From IMG/VR virus record IMGVR_UViG_3300033066_001253, positions 1 through 13,222 of that record: 13,222 nt of DNA, one strand, 5' to 3'. Below, in pieces: positions 4,211 to 12,550 of this stretch. The first letter of the stretch is position 1. Each line of letters begins with the position of its first letter. A program made the translations under genes and the position numbers. The DNA comes from a virus (taxonomy: Duplodnaviria; Heunggongvirae; Uroviricota; Caudoviricetes). Below the pieces are notes generated by a model. That model was not told where the DNA came from. It searched no databases and saw only the letters and a program-made list of their open reading frames with translations.

Positions 4211-5026
4211 ATGGTTATAAAACACAAAAATACAGATTCTTTAGAAAGATGGAAACTTTTTCTAAAAAATAAATATAATTCTGAAAAAACTTGGGGATGT
4301 TATTATAACCAAGTTTATAAATTTTTAACTTATGTTAATAAGTATGAAAATGAACTTAATTATGATGATATAAATTTATATCTTGATAAAGTTGTAAGAA
4401 ATTATTCTAGATCTCAACAAAATCAATCAATTAGTTCAATTAGACTTTTTTATGAAGAAATTTTAAATAGGAAAAAAGTAGTTATTAAATTTATAAGAGC
4501 TAAGAAAAAAGAATATCTTCCAACTCTACTCTCTCAAACCGAAATTAAAACTTGTTTAAATAAAATTACAAATCTAAAACATAAATCAATTTGTAGTTTA
4601 CTTTATGGATGTGGTCTTCGCTTAAATGAACTTATTCAATTTAAAGTTGAACATATCCTAAAAAACCAAAACCTAATTAAAGTAGTTCAAGGTAAAGGAG
4701 CTAAAGATAGATTTATTCCTATCAGCTATAATTTACTTCAATTATTGAGAGATTATTATAAAGAATATCAACCAAAAGAATATTTATTTGAAGGTCAAAA
4801 TAATTCTCCTCAATATTCTGCTAAATCAGTAGAAATGATTGTTAAAAAACATTTTGGAAATAATTTTCACCCTCATCTTCTTCGTCATTGTTTTGGGACA
4901 CATTTGGTTGAACAGGGAGTTGAATTAAATAAAATTCAAAAATTGATGGGTCATAAAGATATTAAATCAACTCAAATATATACAAAAACAGCTAATAATT
5001 TACAAAATTTACCAAAATTAGTCTAG
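4211..5026 (+). CDS. Tyrosine recombinase (integron-integrase-like/XerD-like) with N-terminal SAM-like domain, lacking the IntI-specific insertion
   Basis: Catalytic set R137 (YGCGLRLNE), K162 (GKG), H222-x-x-R225, H248 (MGH) and Y257 all present; 271 aa. Confidence 0.93.
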   Translation: MVIKHKNTDSLERWKLFLKNKYNSEKTWGCYYNQVYKFLTYVNKYENELNYDDINLYLDKVVRNYSRSQQNQSISSIRLFYEEILNRKKVVIKFIRAKKKEYLPTLLSQTEIKTCLNKITNLKHKSICSLLYGCGLRLNELIQFKVEHILKNQNLIKVVQGKGAKDRFIPISYNLLQLLRDYYKEYQPKEYLFEGQNNSPQYSAKSVEMIVKKHFGNNFHPHLLRHCFGTHLVEQGVELNKIQKLMGHKDIKSTQIYTKTANNLQNLPKLV

Positions 5027-5069
5027 GCTTTTTAAACTATAAATCATATGTTTAAATAAAATTAATAAC

Positions 5070-5288
5070 ATGAGTCCTTTAGAAAAACAACAATCATTTC
5101 ATAAAGAATTAAAAGAATTACTTCTTAAATATAAAGCTGAGATAACTATAGAAGATGTAAGTCCTAGAGTATATAATACAGATGAACAAATAGTTATCAA
5201 TTTCGATTATGATGAATCATTATATGAAAAATACAATACTGGAATAATTCCAGAACTAATCTTAGGTAGATGTGAAGACTATAGGTAA
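5070..5288 (+). CDS. Hypothetical protein (72 aa)
   Basis: ORF track; A-rich start. Confidence 0.7.
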   Translation: MSPLEKQQSFHKELKELLLKYKAEITIEDVSPRVYNTDEQIVINFDYDESLYEKYNTGIIPELILGRCEDYR

Positions 5289-5388
5289 AATACTATTACT
5301 AATTATATTAATTTCAGGTTGTGAAACTAAAGTTAAACAAGAACCTAAATCAATAACACATTCAAAATTAACTAAAGCAGATTCGTAA
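5272..5388 (+). CDS. Putative small lipoprotein (38 aa, GTG start) not in the ORF track
   Basis: Manual translation MKTIGKILLLIILISGCETKVKQEPKSITHSKLTKADS*: basic N-region, hydrophobic core, ISG-C lipobox; fills an otherwise empty gap. Confidence 0.45.
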   Translation: MKTIGKILLLIILISGCETKVKQEPKSITHSKLTKADS

Positions 5389-5394
5389 AAATCC

Positions 5395-5423
5395 TTGTTA
5401 TATTTAAATAAAGTTTATATATT
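5395..5423 (+). promoter_or_regulatory. Putative sigma70-like phage promoter
   Basis: TTGTTA-17 bp-TATATT with AAATAAAG in the spacer, just upstream of the clamp gene. Confidence 0.55.
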
Positions 5424-5431
5424 CATAAAAT

Positions 5432-6166
5432 ATGATTACAAAAATTATTTTACAAAGTATTATCTCCAAATACTACTTAGGAGGAATGATTGAAAGTACC
5501 AAATGGGAAATCAAAGATAAACAATTAATTATTAAATTTATGTCTCCTAACCAAGACATGTTAGGAAAAGTAACCTACAAAAATTTCCCATTAGAAAATA
5601 CAGATTTAGTAATTTTTAATACTTCTCAATTTAACAAATTAATTAATGTTACTCATGGTGATCTTATATTAAATGTTGCTAAAACAAAAAATCTAGCAAC
5701 TAGATTAGATATTTCAGATTCTCAATTTAATGTCAATTATGCTTTAGCTGACACAATGATGGCTAAAAAAGTAGCTGATGTTGAAGAACCAGATCAATAC
5801 GAAATCGAAATTAAATTAGATCCTGAAAATATAGCTGCTTTAATTAAATCTAAAAATGCAATTGGAGATGATGATACTATGATTTTAGAAACAAGTATTA
5901 ATCCAATAGGTGATTCAATTATGTTGTTTACATTTGGAGAAAATACTGATTATTCTAATAAAATAACTTATTCAATCCCAATTGAATCAATATCCAGTAT
6001 GAAACTTCCATTTAGTTCAAATACATTAAAAGAAATATTATCTGCTAATAAAGATATGAAAGAAGGTAATATTTTAATTAATTCAGAAGGTTTAATGAAA
6101 TTAAAATTTGTTGATAAAGAAAACTTATCAACAGAATATTTTATGATACGTAAAGCAGATTTATAA
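5432..6166 (+). CDS. DNA polymerase sliding clamp, T4 gp45-like
   Basis: 244 aa, typical clamp size; alternating alpha/beta pattern and C-terminal GLMKLKF...STEYF recall phage clamps; both clamp-loader subunits occur in the same window. Confidence 0.7.
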   Translation: MITKIILQSIISKYYLGGMIESTKWEIKDKQLIIKFMSPNQDMLGKVTYKNFPLENTDLVIFNTSQFNKLINVTHGDLILNVAKTKNLATRLDISDSQFNVNYALADTMMAKKVADVEEPDQYEIEIKLDPENIAALIKSKNAIGDDDTMILETSINPIGDSIMLFTFGENTDYSNKITYSIPIESISSMKLPFSSNTLKEILSANKDMKEGNILINSEGLMKLKFVDKENLSTEYFMIRKADL

Positions 6167-6171
6167 ATTTC

Positions 6172-6200
6172 TTGGAATATAAATAAAGATTTAGTATATT
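6172..6200 (+). promoter_or_regulatory. Putative sigma70-like phage promoter
   Basis: TTGGAA-17 bp-TATATT with AAATAAAG in the spacer. Confidence 0.55.
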
Positions 6201-6207
6201 AACTGTT

Positions 6208-6612
6208 ATGAGATTAGCTATTATAGGAAGTAGAAGTTTTAATGATACAAAATTATTAAACGAAACTTTAAGACCATACAAAGATCAAATTACACTTATT
6301 GTAAGTGGAGGTGCTAAAGGAGCTGATCAATTAGGAGAATATTGGGCTCGATTACATAAAATCGAAACATTAATATTTCTTCCAGATTGGGAAAAACATG
6401 GTAAAAAAGCAGCATTATTAAGAAATAAAGATATTATATCTAATTGTGATATGGCTATTGCTTTCTGGAATTATAGATCTCCTGGTACTAGACACGCTAT
6501 AAAGTTATGTGAAAAACAAAAAAAACCTTACAAAATAATTGGATTTGAAACTGATGAAGAAAATAAACCAATTATAAAAACAGGAATTTTAAAATTTACA
6601 AAAGATGAATAA
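6208..6612 (+). CDS. SLOG-superfamily protein (DUF2493/YspA-like)
   Basis: AIIGSRSF, IVSGGAKGADQLGE, PDWEKHGKKAALLRN and AFWN-x-x-SPGT motifs. Confidence 0.85.
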   Translation: MRLAIIGSRSFNDTKLLNETLRPYKDQITLIVSGGAKGADQLGEYWARLHKIETLIFLPDWEKHGKKAALLRNKDIISNCDMAIAFWNYRSPGTRHAIKLCEKQKKPYKIIGFETDEENKPIIKTGILKFTKDE

Positions 6613-6838
6613 AGAAATAAAGTTTATAGAGGTTATGATTATGGGTCATAATTCAATTCTAGGATGTATATTTAAAGAATATGGATTTGAAGTACTAGAA
6701 AATAGAAATAATTATTATTGGATGATTATGGTTAATCCTAGTAGTTTTGGAATGGCTGAAGATGAATGTAAAAAATTAGGATTAAAAACTTACACTATTT
6801 TTGATAGAGCAAGTGCAATTTGTAAAAACGATAAATAA
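6605..6838 (+). CDS. Hypothetical protein (77 aa)
   Basis: ORF track; overlapping-start operon packing. Confidence 0.65.
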   Translation: MNKEIKFIEVMIMGHNSILGCIFKEYGFEVLENRNNYYWMIMVNPSSFGMAEDECKKLGLKTYTIFDRASAICKNDK

Positions 6839-6845
6839 ATAAGTT

Positions 6846-7139
6846 ATGGCAGAAAAAGAAACATCAAATAAATCGATTAATGATCCTCTCATCGATCCTT
6901 ATTTCATAGAAATAGACCAATATTGTTATACAGTATCAGAACGAGTAACACCTGATCCAAAGTATACAACAAATGGAAAAGAGTATAAAAAAACAATTGG
7001 ACATTATTCCAATTTCAACTCATGTTTAGAAACAATAGCTAAACATAAAGTGAATTCAAAAGAACATTCAACAATAAAAGGTTATATTAAAGAATTTAAC
7101 GAAATAAAAAATCAATTAAAAAATCTAACACAAATATGA
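6846..7139 (+). CDS. Hypothetical phage protein (97 aa)
   Basis: ORF track; ATGA overlap with groES. Confidence 0.72.
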   Translation: MAEKETSNKSINDPLIDPYFIEIDQYCYTVSERVTPDPKYTTNGKEYKKTIGHYSNFNSCLETIAKHKVNSKEHSTIKGYIKEFNEIKNQLKNLTQI

Positions 7140-7429
7140 AATTAAAACCATTTCACAATCAGGTTGTTCTTAAACAACTAGAAGAAAACGAACAAAAAGT
7201 AGGAAGTATTATTATTTCTGATTTAGGAAAAGAATTACCAAAAGTAGGAACTGTAATTGCTGTTGGACCAGGTTCACCTAATTTCTTTAATGGTGAAATA
7301 ATTCCTGTTCAAGCAAAAATAGGGGATAAAGTAGCTTTTCCTGCATTTGGAGGAATTAAATTCTCTGTAGATGGAGAAGATTATATTGTAGTAAAAGATC
7401 CTGATTTAATAACTGTAATTGAAGACTAA
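7136..7429 (+). CDS. groS: Co-chaperonin GroES
   Basis: MKLKPFHNQVVLK, mobile loop GSIII, G-x-VIAVGPG, KIGDKV and DGEDYIVVKDPDLI; directly upstream of groEL. Confidence 0.95.
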   Translation: MKLKPFHNQVVLKQLEENEQKVGSIIISDLGKELPKVGTVIAVGPGSPNFFNGEIIPVQAKIGDKVAFPAFGGIKFSVDGEDYIVVKDPDLITVIED

Positions 7430-7439
7430 TAAATAAAAT

Positions 7440-9068
7440 ATGAGCAAACAAGTAACATTAGGGAGTGAAGCCCGTAAAAAACTAACAGAAGGAATTAATA
7501 AAGTAGCGGATGCTATTTCAAGTACACTTGGTCCCTCAGGAAGAAACATTATATATGTTGAAAACGGAGAGGTGTTGAGTACAAAAGATGGAGTTTCAGT
7601 AGCCAAGTCTATTTCTGATCTTGAAGATCCTATTGAAAATTTAGGAGCACAAATGATTAAACAAGCATCTATTAAAACTGCAACCAAATCAGGAGATGGC
7701 ACCACGACTAGTACATTATTAGCCCAAGTAATCACAAATGAAGGTCTAGCGGCTCTAGATAAAGGAGCAAATGCTGTAGAGGTAAAAAGAGGAATTGATG
7801 AAGCAGTAAAAGAAGTAGTTGAATTTATCAAAACCAACATTTCAAAAGATATTTCATCAGCAGAACAAATTACTCAAATTGCTACAATTTCAGCAAATAA
7901 TGATCCTGAAATCGGAAATTTAATATCTGCTGCTTTAGAAAAAGTAGGACGTGAAGGAGTAGTTCATATTGAGGAATCAAAATCAGGTGAAACTTATCTT
8001 GAAACAGTTGAAGGTATGCAATTCGACAGAGGTTATAAATCTCATTATTTTGTTACAGACAATAATTCAATGTCAGCTGGTTTAGTAGATCCTTTAATCT
8101 TTATTGCAGATCGTAGATTTACACAAGTAAAAGAATTATTACCAATCCTAAATCATGCTGCAGATAGTAATAAACCATTACTAATCATTGCCGAAGATAT
8201 TGATGGAGAAGCATTAGCAACTCTTATTGTTAATAAAATGAGAGGTATTATTAAAGTATGTGCTGTTAAAGCACCTGATTTTGGAGATCGTCGTAAATTA
8301 ATCCTTGAAGATATTGCTATCATGACAGGTGGAACTGTATTTAGTGAAGATAAAGGAATGAAACTTGATAAATTTTCAACAGATTGGTTTGGAAACTCTA
8401 GAGTAGTGAATGTTACTAAAGAACAAACAACAATTGTTGATGGAAAAGGTACTCAAGAAAAAATTGAAGCACGAATCGAAGAATTAAAATCTCAAATTGA
8501 AAAATCAACCACTCCATTCGAAATCGAAAAACTACAAGATCGTTTAGCAAAATTTGTTGGGGGTGTTTCTATTATTCATGTTGGTGGTAATTCTGAATTA
8601 GAGATGAAAGAGAAGAAAGACCGTGTGGATGATGCTCTTAATGCTGCAAAAGCAGCAATTGAAGAAGGTATTATTCCTGGTGGTGGTTCTGCTTTAATTC
8701 AAGCTAAAGAAGTAATTAGTTGGAAAAACTCAATTGGTGATGAAAAAATAGGTAAACAAATTGTTTATAAAGCATGTTCATCTCCATTTAAGAAAATTTT
8801 ATCAAATGCAGGTTATACTCAAGAAGATATCTATAAATTAATGAATAAATTCAGTGATAAAGATAAATGGAAAGGTTATAATCTTAAAACTGATAAATTT
8901 GTAAATATGGAAGAGGCTGGAATTATTGATCCATTCAAAGTATGTAAAAATGCTTTAACAAACGCATCATCAGTAGCAAGTACAATAATTCTCACCGAGG
9001 GTGTTGTAGTAGATAAACCAGAATCTAAAAAAGAACCTTCATTCAATCCTATGGAAGGAATGATGTAA
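7440..9068 (+). CDS. groL: Chaperonin GroEL
   Basis: 542 aa; TLGPSGRN, TKDGVSVAK, GDGTTT, EGMQFDRGY, KAPDFGDRRK and EEGIIPGGG motifs; short C-terminal EGMM tail. Confidence 0.98.
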   Translation: MSKQVTLGSEARKKLTEGINKVADAISSTLGPSGRNIIYVENGEVLSTKDGVSVAKSISDLEDPIENLGAQMIKQASIKTATKSGDGTTTSTLLAQVITNEGLAALDKGANAVEVKRGIDEAVKEVVEFIKTNISKDISSAEQITQIATISANNDPEIGNLISAALEKVGREGVVHIEESKSGETYLETVEGMQFDRGYKSHYFVTDNNSMSAGLVDPLIFIADRRFTQVKELLPILNHAADSNKPLLIIAEDIDGEALATLIVNKMRGIIKVCAVKAPDFGDRRKLILEDIAIMTGGTVFSEDKGMKLDKFSTDWFGNSRVVNVTKEQTTIVDGKGTQEKIEARIEELKSQIEKSTTPFEIEKLQDRLAKFVGGVSIIHVGGNSELEMKEKKDRVDDALNAAKAAIEEGIIPGGGSALIQAKEVISWKNSIGDEKIGKQIVYKACSSPFKKILSNAGYTQEDIYKLMNKFSDKDKWKGYNLKTDKFVNMEEAGIIDPFKVCKNALTNASSVASTIILTEGVVVDKPESKKEPSFNPMEGMM

Positions 9069-9077
9069 ATCAAATAA

Positions 9078-9275
9078 ATGAGAGACGCACTTAAAATAGA
9101 AAAAAATCAACCCATTATAGTAGAGGGAGTCAAATATAAACTAGACTCCTTCTATTATATGGAAGATGATAATCAAGTTTATGTTAAATGTTTTAATGTA
9201 AAGGAGAAGAATTTTTTAAATATGAAAATTGAAGAATTTGTAAAACACTGGACACAATGGAGAATAAAGTATTAA
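9078..9275 (+). CDS. Hypothetical protein (65 aa)
   Basis: ORF track. Confidence 0.65.
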   Translation: MRDALKIEKNQPIIVEGVKYKLDSFYYMEDDNQVYVKCFNVKEKNFLNMKIEEFVKHWTQWRIKY

Positions 9276-9505
9276 TAGCTGAACGTGTTATTGGTAAAGG
9301 AGATACTTGGATTTTAGTTCAAGAAATAGTTTCACCAGGAAATGAAAAAGAATATAATTCTTTAACAGAATGTCTTGAAGCTTATTATCAAAAAACAAAA
9401 TATAAAATTGATTATGTTTTATCTCCTTTAAAAGGTGAATTATATGCTTTATTAGAAGATAACAAACAACCCCCAATTAAAAAATTCAGTTTATATGATG
9501 AATAA
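9257..9505 (+). CDS. Hypothetical protein (82 aa)
   Basis: ORF track; overlaps its neighbours. Confidence 0.7.
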   Translation: MENKVLIAERVIGKGDTWILVQEIVSPGNEKEYNSLTECLEAYYQKTKYKIDYVLSPLKGELYALLEDNKQPPIKKFSLYDE

Positions 9506-9863
9506 AAAAATAACTCCTACATTACAAAGAATTCTTGATGAATTTGAAGAATTAAAAGGTCAATTTGTAATTACTGAGTCTCATGAAATAGAAAGATTAA
9601 TTGCTATCGGAGATGATGATATGGATTATTATTGGGTTACATATGATGGTAGAAAGACTAAATGGAATACTTGTGTTGGAGGTTTAATTAGATTAAAAGG
9701 AAAAATCGATGATAAAGATTATCAAAAATTTATTAGAATAGCTAAATTAAACTCTTGGGATCAGAATAAAGATGATGAATTACGCTCTTGGCATAAACAA
9801 CAAATGATGGAAGTAAATGGAACTGATAAATTTCTAACTGAAATATGTTGGGATTTAAATTAA
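9495..9863 (+). CDS. Hypothetical protein (122 aa)
   Basis: ORF track. Confidence 0.72.
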   Translation: MMNKKITPTLQRILDEFEELKGQFVITESHEIERLIAIGDDDMDYYWVTYDGRKTKWNTCVGGLIRLKGKIDDKDYQKFIRIAKLNSWDQNKDDELRSWHKQQMMEVNGTDKFLTEICWDLN

Positions 9864-9872
9864 AAATTGTCT

Positions 9873-9900
9873 TTGTAAATTAAAATAAAGTTTGTATATT
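9873..9900 (+). promoter_or_regulatory. Putative sigma70-like phage promoter
   Basis: TTGTAA-16 bp-TATATT with AAATAAAG in the spacer; third copy of the motif. Confidence 0.5.
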
Positions 9901-9916
9901 TAGGAAAATTAAAGTT

Positions 9917-10111
9917 ATGAATGGTAGAAAATTATATAGAGAATATGCTCAAAGTTTAGGTAAAGAAGCTAAAGAATTTATTGAAATAAAATCCGAATTT
10001 TATTCTAATGATACGTTGATAACTAAAGATAATAATGGAAATATAGAATCAACATCTATTGATTATAAAAATATGGTTAATTGGATTATTAAAAAATTAC
10101 CTAATTATTAA
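9917..10111 (+). CDS. Hypothetical protein (64 aa)
   Basis: ORF track; starts just after the promoter motif. Confidence 0.65.
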   Translation: MNGRKLYREYAQSLGKEAKEFIEIKSEFYSNDTLITKDNNGNIESTSIDYKNMVNWIIKKLPNY

Positions 10112-10120
10112 AAATAAGTT

Positions 10121-11065
10121 ATGATAAAAAAAGAACACACAATCCTAAACGAACGTTACAGACCCACAACTCTAGAAAATTATTTAGGATCTCCAGACAA
10201 TAAAGCTAAGTTTCAAGAATTTATTGATAAACAAGATTTACCTCACTTAGGATTCTTTGGACAAACAGGTGCTGGTAAAACAACTTTAGCTAAAATTTTA
10301 GCAAAAAACATAGATTGTAGTTTTATTATTTTAAATGCAACTGAAGATAGATCAATTGAATCTATTAAAGAAAAAGTAGGTTCGTTTGCAAGTTCAAATT
10401 CATTTAAACCACTTAAAATAGTAATCCTTGATGAAGCAACTCATTTATTAGAAGCATCTCAAGTATTATTACTTAATATGATTGAACAATTTAGTTTAAA
10501 AACTAGATTCATATTAACAGGTAATTATCCAGAACGATTGATTGCTCCTTTAAGAGGTAGATTACAAGAATTTGAATTAGTAGCACCTACTAAAAAACAA
10601 ATTGCTGAGCATGTTTCAAATATTTTAGATGAAGAACAAATAAAATATAATCTAGAAGATTTAGCATTTATAATCAACAAATCATATCCAGATATTCGAA
10701 AAACAATTAATAATTGTCAAAAATTTACAATTAATAATGAATTAATTTTAGATAAAAAAGCAATATTAGCTGAGGAAGAATATATTGATAAAATTATAGA
10801 TGAATTAAAGAAACCGTCTAATAAATCGTTTAATATTATTCGTCAACATATTGTTGATTCTGGTTCTTCCGAATTTGATAACGTGTATAAACAACTATAT
10901 GAACGCTTAAGTGATTATGCTGGTGGATTAGAAGGTACAGTTACTATTATTCTTGAGGAAATGTTATATCATAAGAATTTTAGGATTGATCAAGAAATAA
11001 ATTTATGTGCTTGTGTAGCTCGTATTTTAGAAGTATTACAAACCAAAAAATTAATTAAAGGATAA
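10121..11065 (+). CDS. Clamp loader AAA+ subunit (T4 gp44 / RFC small subunit-like)
   Basis: ERYRP-x-TL N-terminus, Walker A GQTGAGKTT, LNA motif, Walker B VILDEA, RGR at the SRC arginine-finger position, PDIRK sensor 2. Confidence 0.92.
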   Translation: MIKKEHTILNERYRPTTLENYLGSPDNKAKFQEFIDKQDLPHLGFFGQTGAGKTTLAKILAKNIDCSFIILNATEDRSIESIKEKVGSFASSNSFKPLKIVILDEATHLLEASQVLLLNMIEQFSLKTRFILTGNYPERLIAPLRGRLQEFELVAPTKKQIAEHVSNILDEEQIKYNLEDLAFIINKSYPDIRKTINNCQKFTINNELILDKKAILAEEEYIDKIIDELKKPSNKSFNIIRQHIVDSGSSEFDNVYKQLYERLSDYAGGLEGTVTIILEEMLYHKNFRIDQEINLCACVARILEVLQTKKLIKG

Positions 11066-11298
11066 TGAAAGCAACACTTACATTCAACCTAGAAGATAAT
11101 GACGATGCTATGGCTCATCACAGATGTATTAAATCTTTGGATATGGCTATGTTGTTATGGGAGCTTCAACTGAATACTCGCAAACAAATAGAAAATGATA
11201 ACCCTAAAATCAATCAAAAAACCTTAGATACAGTATTTGAAAAAATAAATCAATTATATGAAGAATATGATATTAATATAGATAAATTAAATAGATAA
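11065..11298 (+). CDS. Conserved hypothetical phage protein (77 aa)
   Basis: ORF track; the MKATLTFNL...LLWEL pattern is common in phage hypotheticals. Confidence 0.72.
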   Translation: MKATLTFNLEDNDDAMAHHRCIKSLDMAMLLWELQLNTRKQIENDNPKINQKTLDTVFEKINQLYEEYDINIDKLNR

Positions 11299-11302
11299 AA
11301 AT

Positions 11303-11560
11303 ATGAAACAACCACTACCACAACAACAAATAGACATTACATTAACTAAAGCAGTTAATAACGAAGATGGATCTCCAATTATATTAGCTGAAGGAGCATT
11401 ATTGAGAAAAGGAAGTAAATTCGTTCTTAATACAGATGCCGACCCATTGATCCCTGTGCCTTTAATGTATGATATCAATACAAAATTAATTTGTTTAGAT
11501 ATGATACCAGTTGAATTAAGAAAAGAATACGAACAATTTGGATTTTATATTTCAAAGTAA
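11303..11560 (+). CDS. Hypothetical phage protein (85 aa)
   Basis: ORF track. Confidence 0.72.
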   Translation: MKQPLPQQQIDITLTKAVNNEDGSPIILAEGALLRKGSKFVLNTDADPLIPVPLMYDINTKLICLDMIPVELRKEYEQFGFYISK

Positions 11561-11566
11561 ATAAAA

Positions 11567-11944
11567 ATGAATTATAATAATAAAAGAATATTAGGGGAAA
11601 TAATTGGAAACTTGTATGAATTACAATCTGATTGTGATAAACAAATTAATGATTATGAAGAGGCTTATAAACAATCAGTTTATAAACAAATAGAATATAG
11701 AAAAATAGCTGAAGAATTATGGAAACTCTTAGATAATATAGATACAGCTACTGATATGTTTAAACCTTGTAAAGAAAATGGTATTAAATCTTATGATAAT
11801 TTTTATAAATATTGTAATAAAATAACTCCTAAAAGATTTGATTATTTAATGTCTGATGGTCATAAATTATATGACAAGGAAGAATACAGAGTTTATAAGG
11901 AAAATCAATCTAAAGAAGAATCAGATGATAAAAAATGTATTTGA
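11567..11944 (+). CDS. Hypothetical protein (125 aa), predicted coiled-coil N-terminal half
   Basis: ORF track. Confidence 0.7.
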   Translation: MNYNNKRILGEIIGNLYELQSDCDKQINDYEEAYKQSVYKQIEYRKIAEELWKLLDNIDTATDMFKPCKENGIKSYDNFYKYCNKITPKRFDYLMSDGHKLYDKEEYRVYKENQSKEESDDKKCI

Positions 11945-12350
11945 TTGGGTAAAAATGATTATGACTGATAAAAAATCATGGTCATCATTTACTCCTGAAG
12001 AACATAAGGTATTTGAACCTTTTATGATAAACAGAATACTTAGTCAAACTCAATCATATATCCAGCTAGTAAATTACGTTCAAAAAATTCCATATTCAGA
12101 AAAAGAAAAACTATATAACATTTATTGCGAAATAATACCAAAAAAATTCATATTCTCTAAATATATTAAATCTAGTAAAAAATCAGTTAATAAAGATATT
12201 TTAGAAAAAGTATCTAGTTTTTATGATTGTTCTTTAGGTGAAGCAGAAGAATATGTTCATTTATTACGTAAAGAAGGAGTAAATGATATTTTGGTTAAGA
12301 GTGGAGTTGATGAAAAAACTATAAATAAATTATTAAAAGAATTAAAATGA
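11925..12350 (+). CDS. Clamp loader A subunit, T4 gp62-like
   Basis: FDW, PFMINRILS, IPKK-x-x-FSKYIK and FYDCSLGEAEEY patterns. ATG 11925 preferred over the track start at 11856. Confidence 0.75.
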   Translation: MIKNVFDWVKMIMTDKKSWSSFTPEEHKVFEPFMINRILSQTQSYIQLVNYVQKIPYSEKEKLYNIYCEIIPKKFIFSKYIKSSKKSVNKDILEKVSSFYDCSLGEAEEYVHLLRKEGVNDILVKSGVDEKTINKLLKELK

Positions 12351-12550
12351 AATCAAAAGTAATTATAGAAAATGGAGAAGTAGATATTATTCTAACTCCT
12401 GAAAACGAATTTGAAAAAGATATTATTCAGAAAGTTAAAGAAGGTAAAGATAAGAAAATTTGGAATGTATTTTGTGATGCTGAATGTGATTATTCTTTTG
12501 GAACTTACTCAAAACATAAATTTACAATTAATTTAAAAGAAACAAGATAA
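12347..12550 (+). CDS. Hypothetical protein (67 aa)
   Basis: ORF track; ATGA overlap. Confidence 0.65.
   Translation: MKSKVIIENGEVDIILTPENEFEKDIIQKVKEGKDKKIWNVFCDAECDYSFGTYSKHKFTINLKETR

Larger units (their letters stand above)
1..5026. mobile_element. Integron-like gene cassette array with attI-like site and tyrosine recombinase; continues beyond the left edge
   Basis: Ten TAAC...GTTA hairpin sites alternate with short ORFs. Inferred cassette units (crossover between TAA and C on +): 82-500, 501-750, 751-1026, 1027-1769, 1770-2261, 2262-2687, 2688-3075, 3076-3407, 3408-3701, 3702-4169. The array ends in a 7-5-7 simple site next to an intact recombinase gene. Confidence 0.88.

Noticed and set aside
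4176-5026. Recombinase gene itself being a cassette (gttagac at 4176, gtctag at 5021)
   Set aside because: Only a 5-bp match, no TAAC at the right end and no hairpin; gttagac is better explained as the attI L box.
7406-7840. Minus-strand ORF (144 aa)
   Set aside because: Antisense shadow of groEL.
8876-9073. Minus-strand ORF (65 aa)
   Set aside because: Antisense shadow of the groEL 3' end.
9288-9476. Minus-strand ORF (62 aa)
   Set aside because: Antisense to a better + strand ORF in a uniformly + region.
11287-11478. Minus-strand ORF (63 aa)
   Set aside because: Antisense shadow of 11303-11560.
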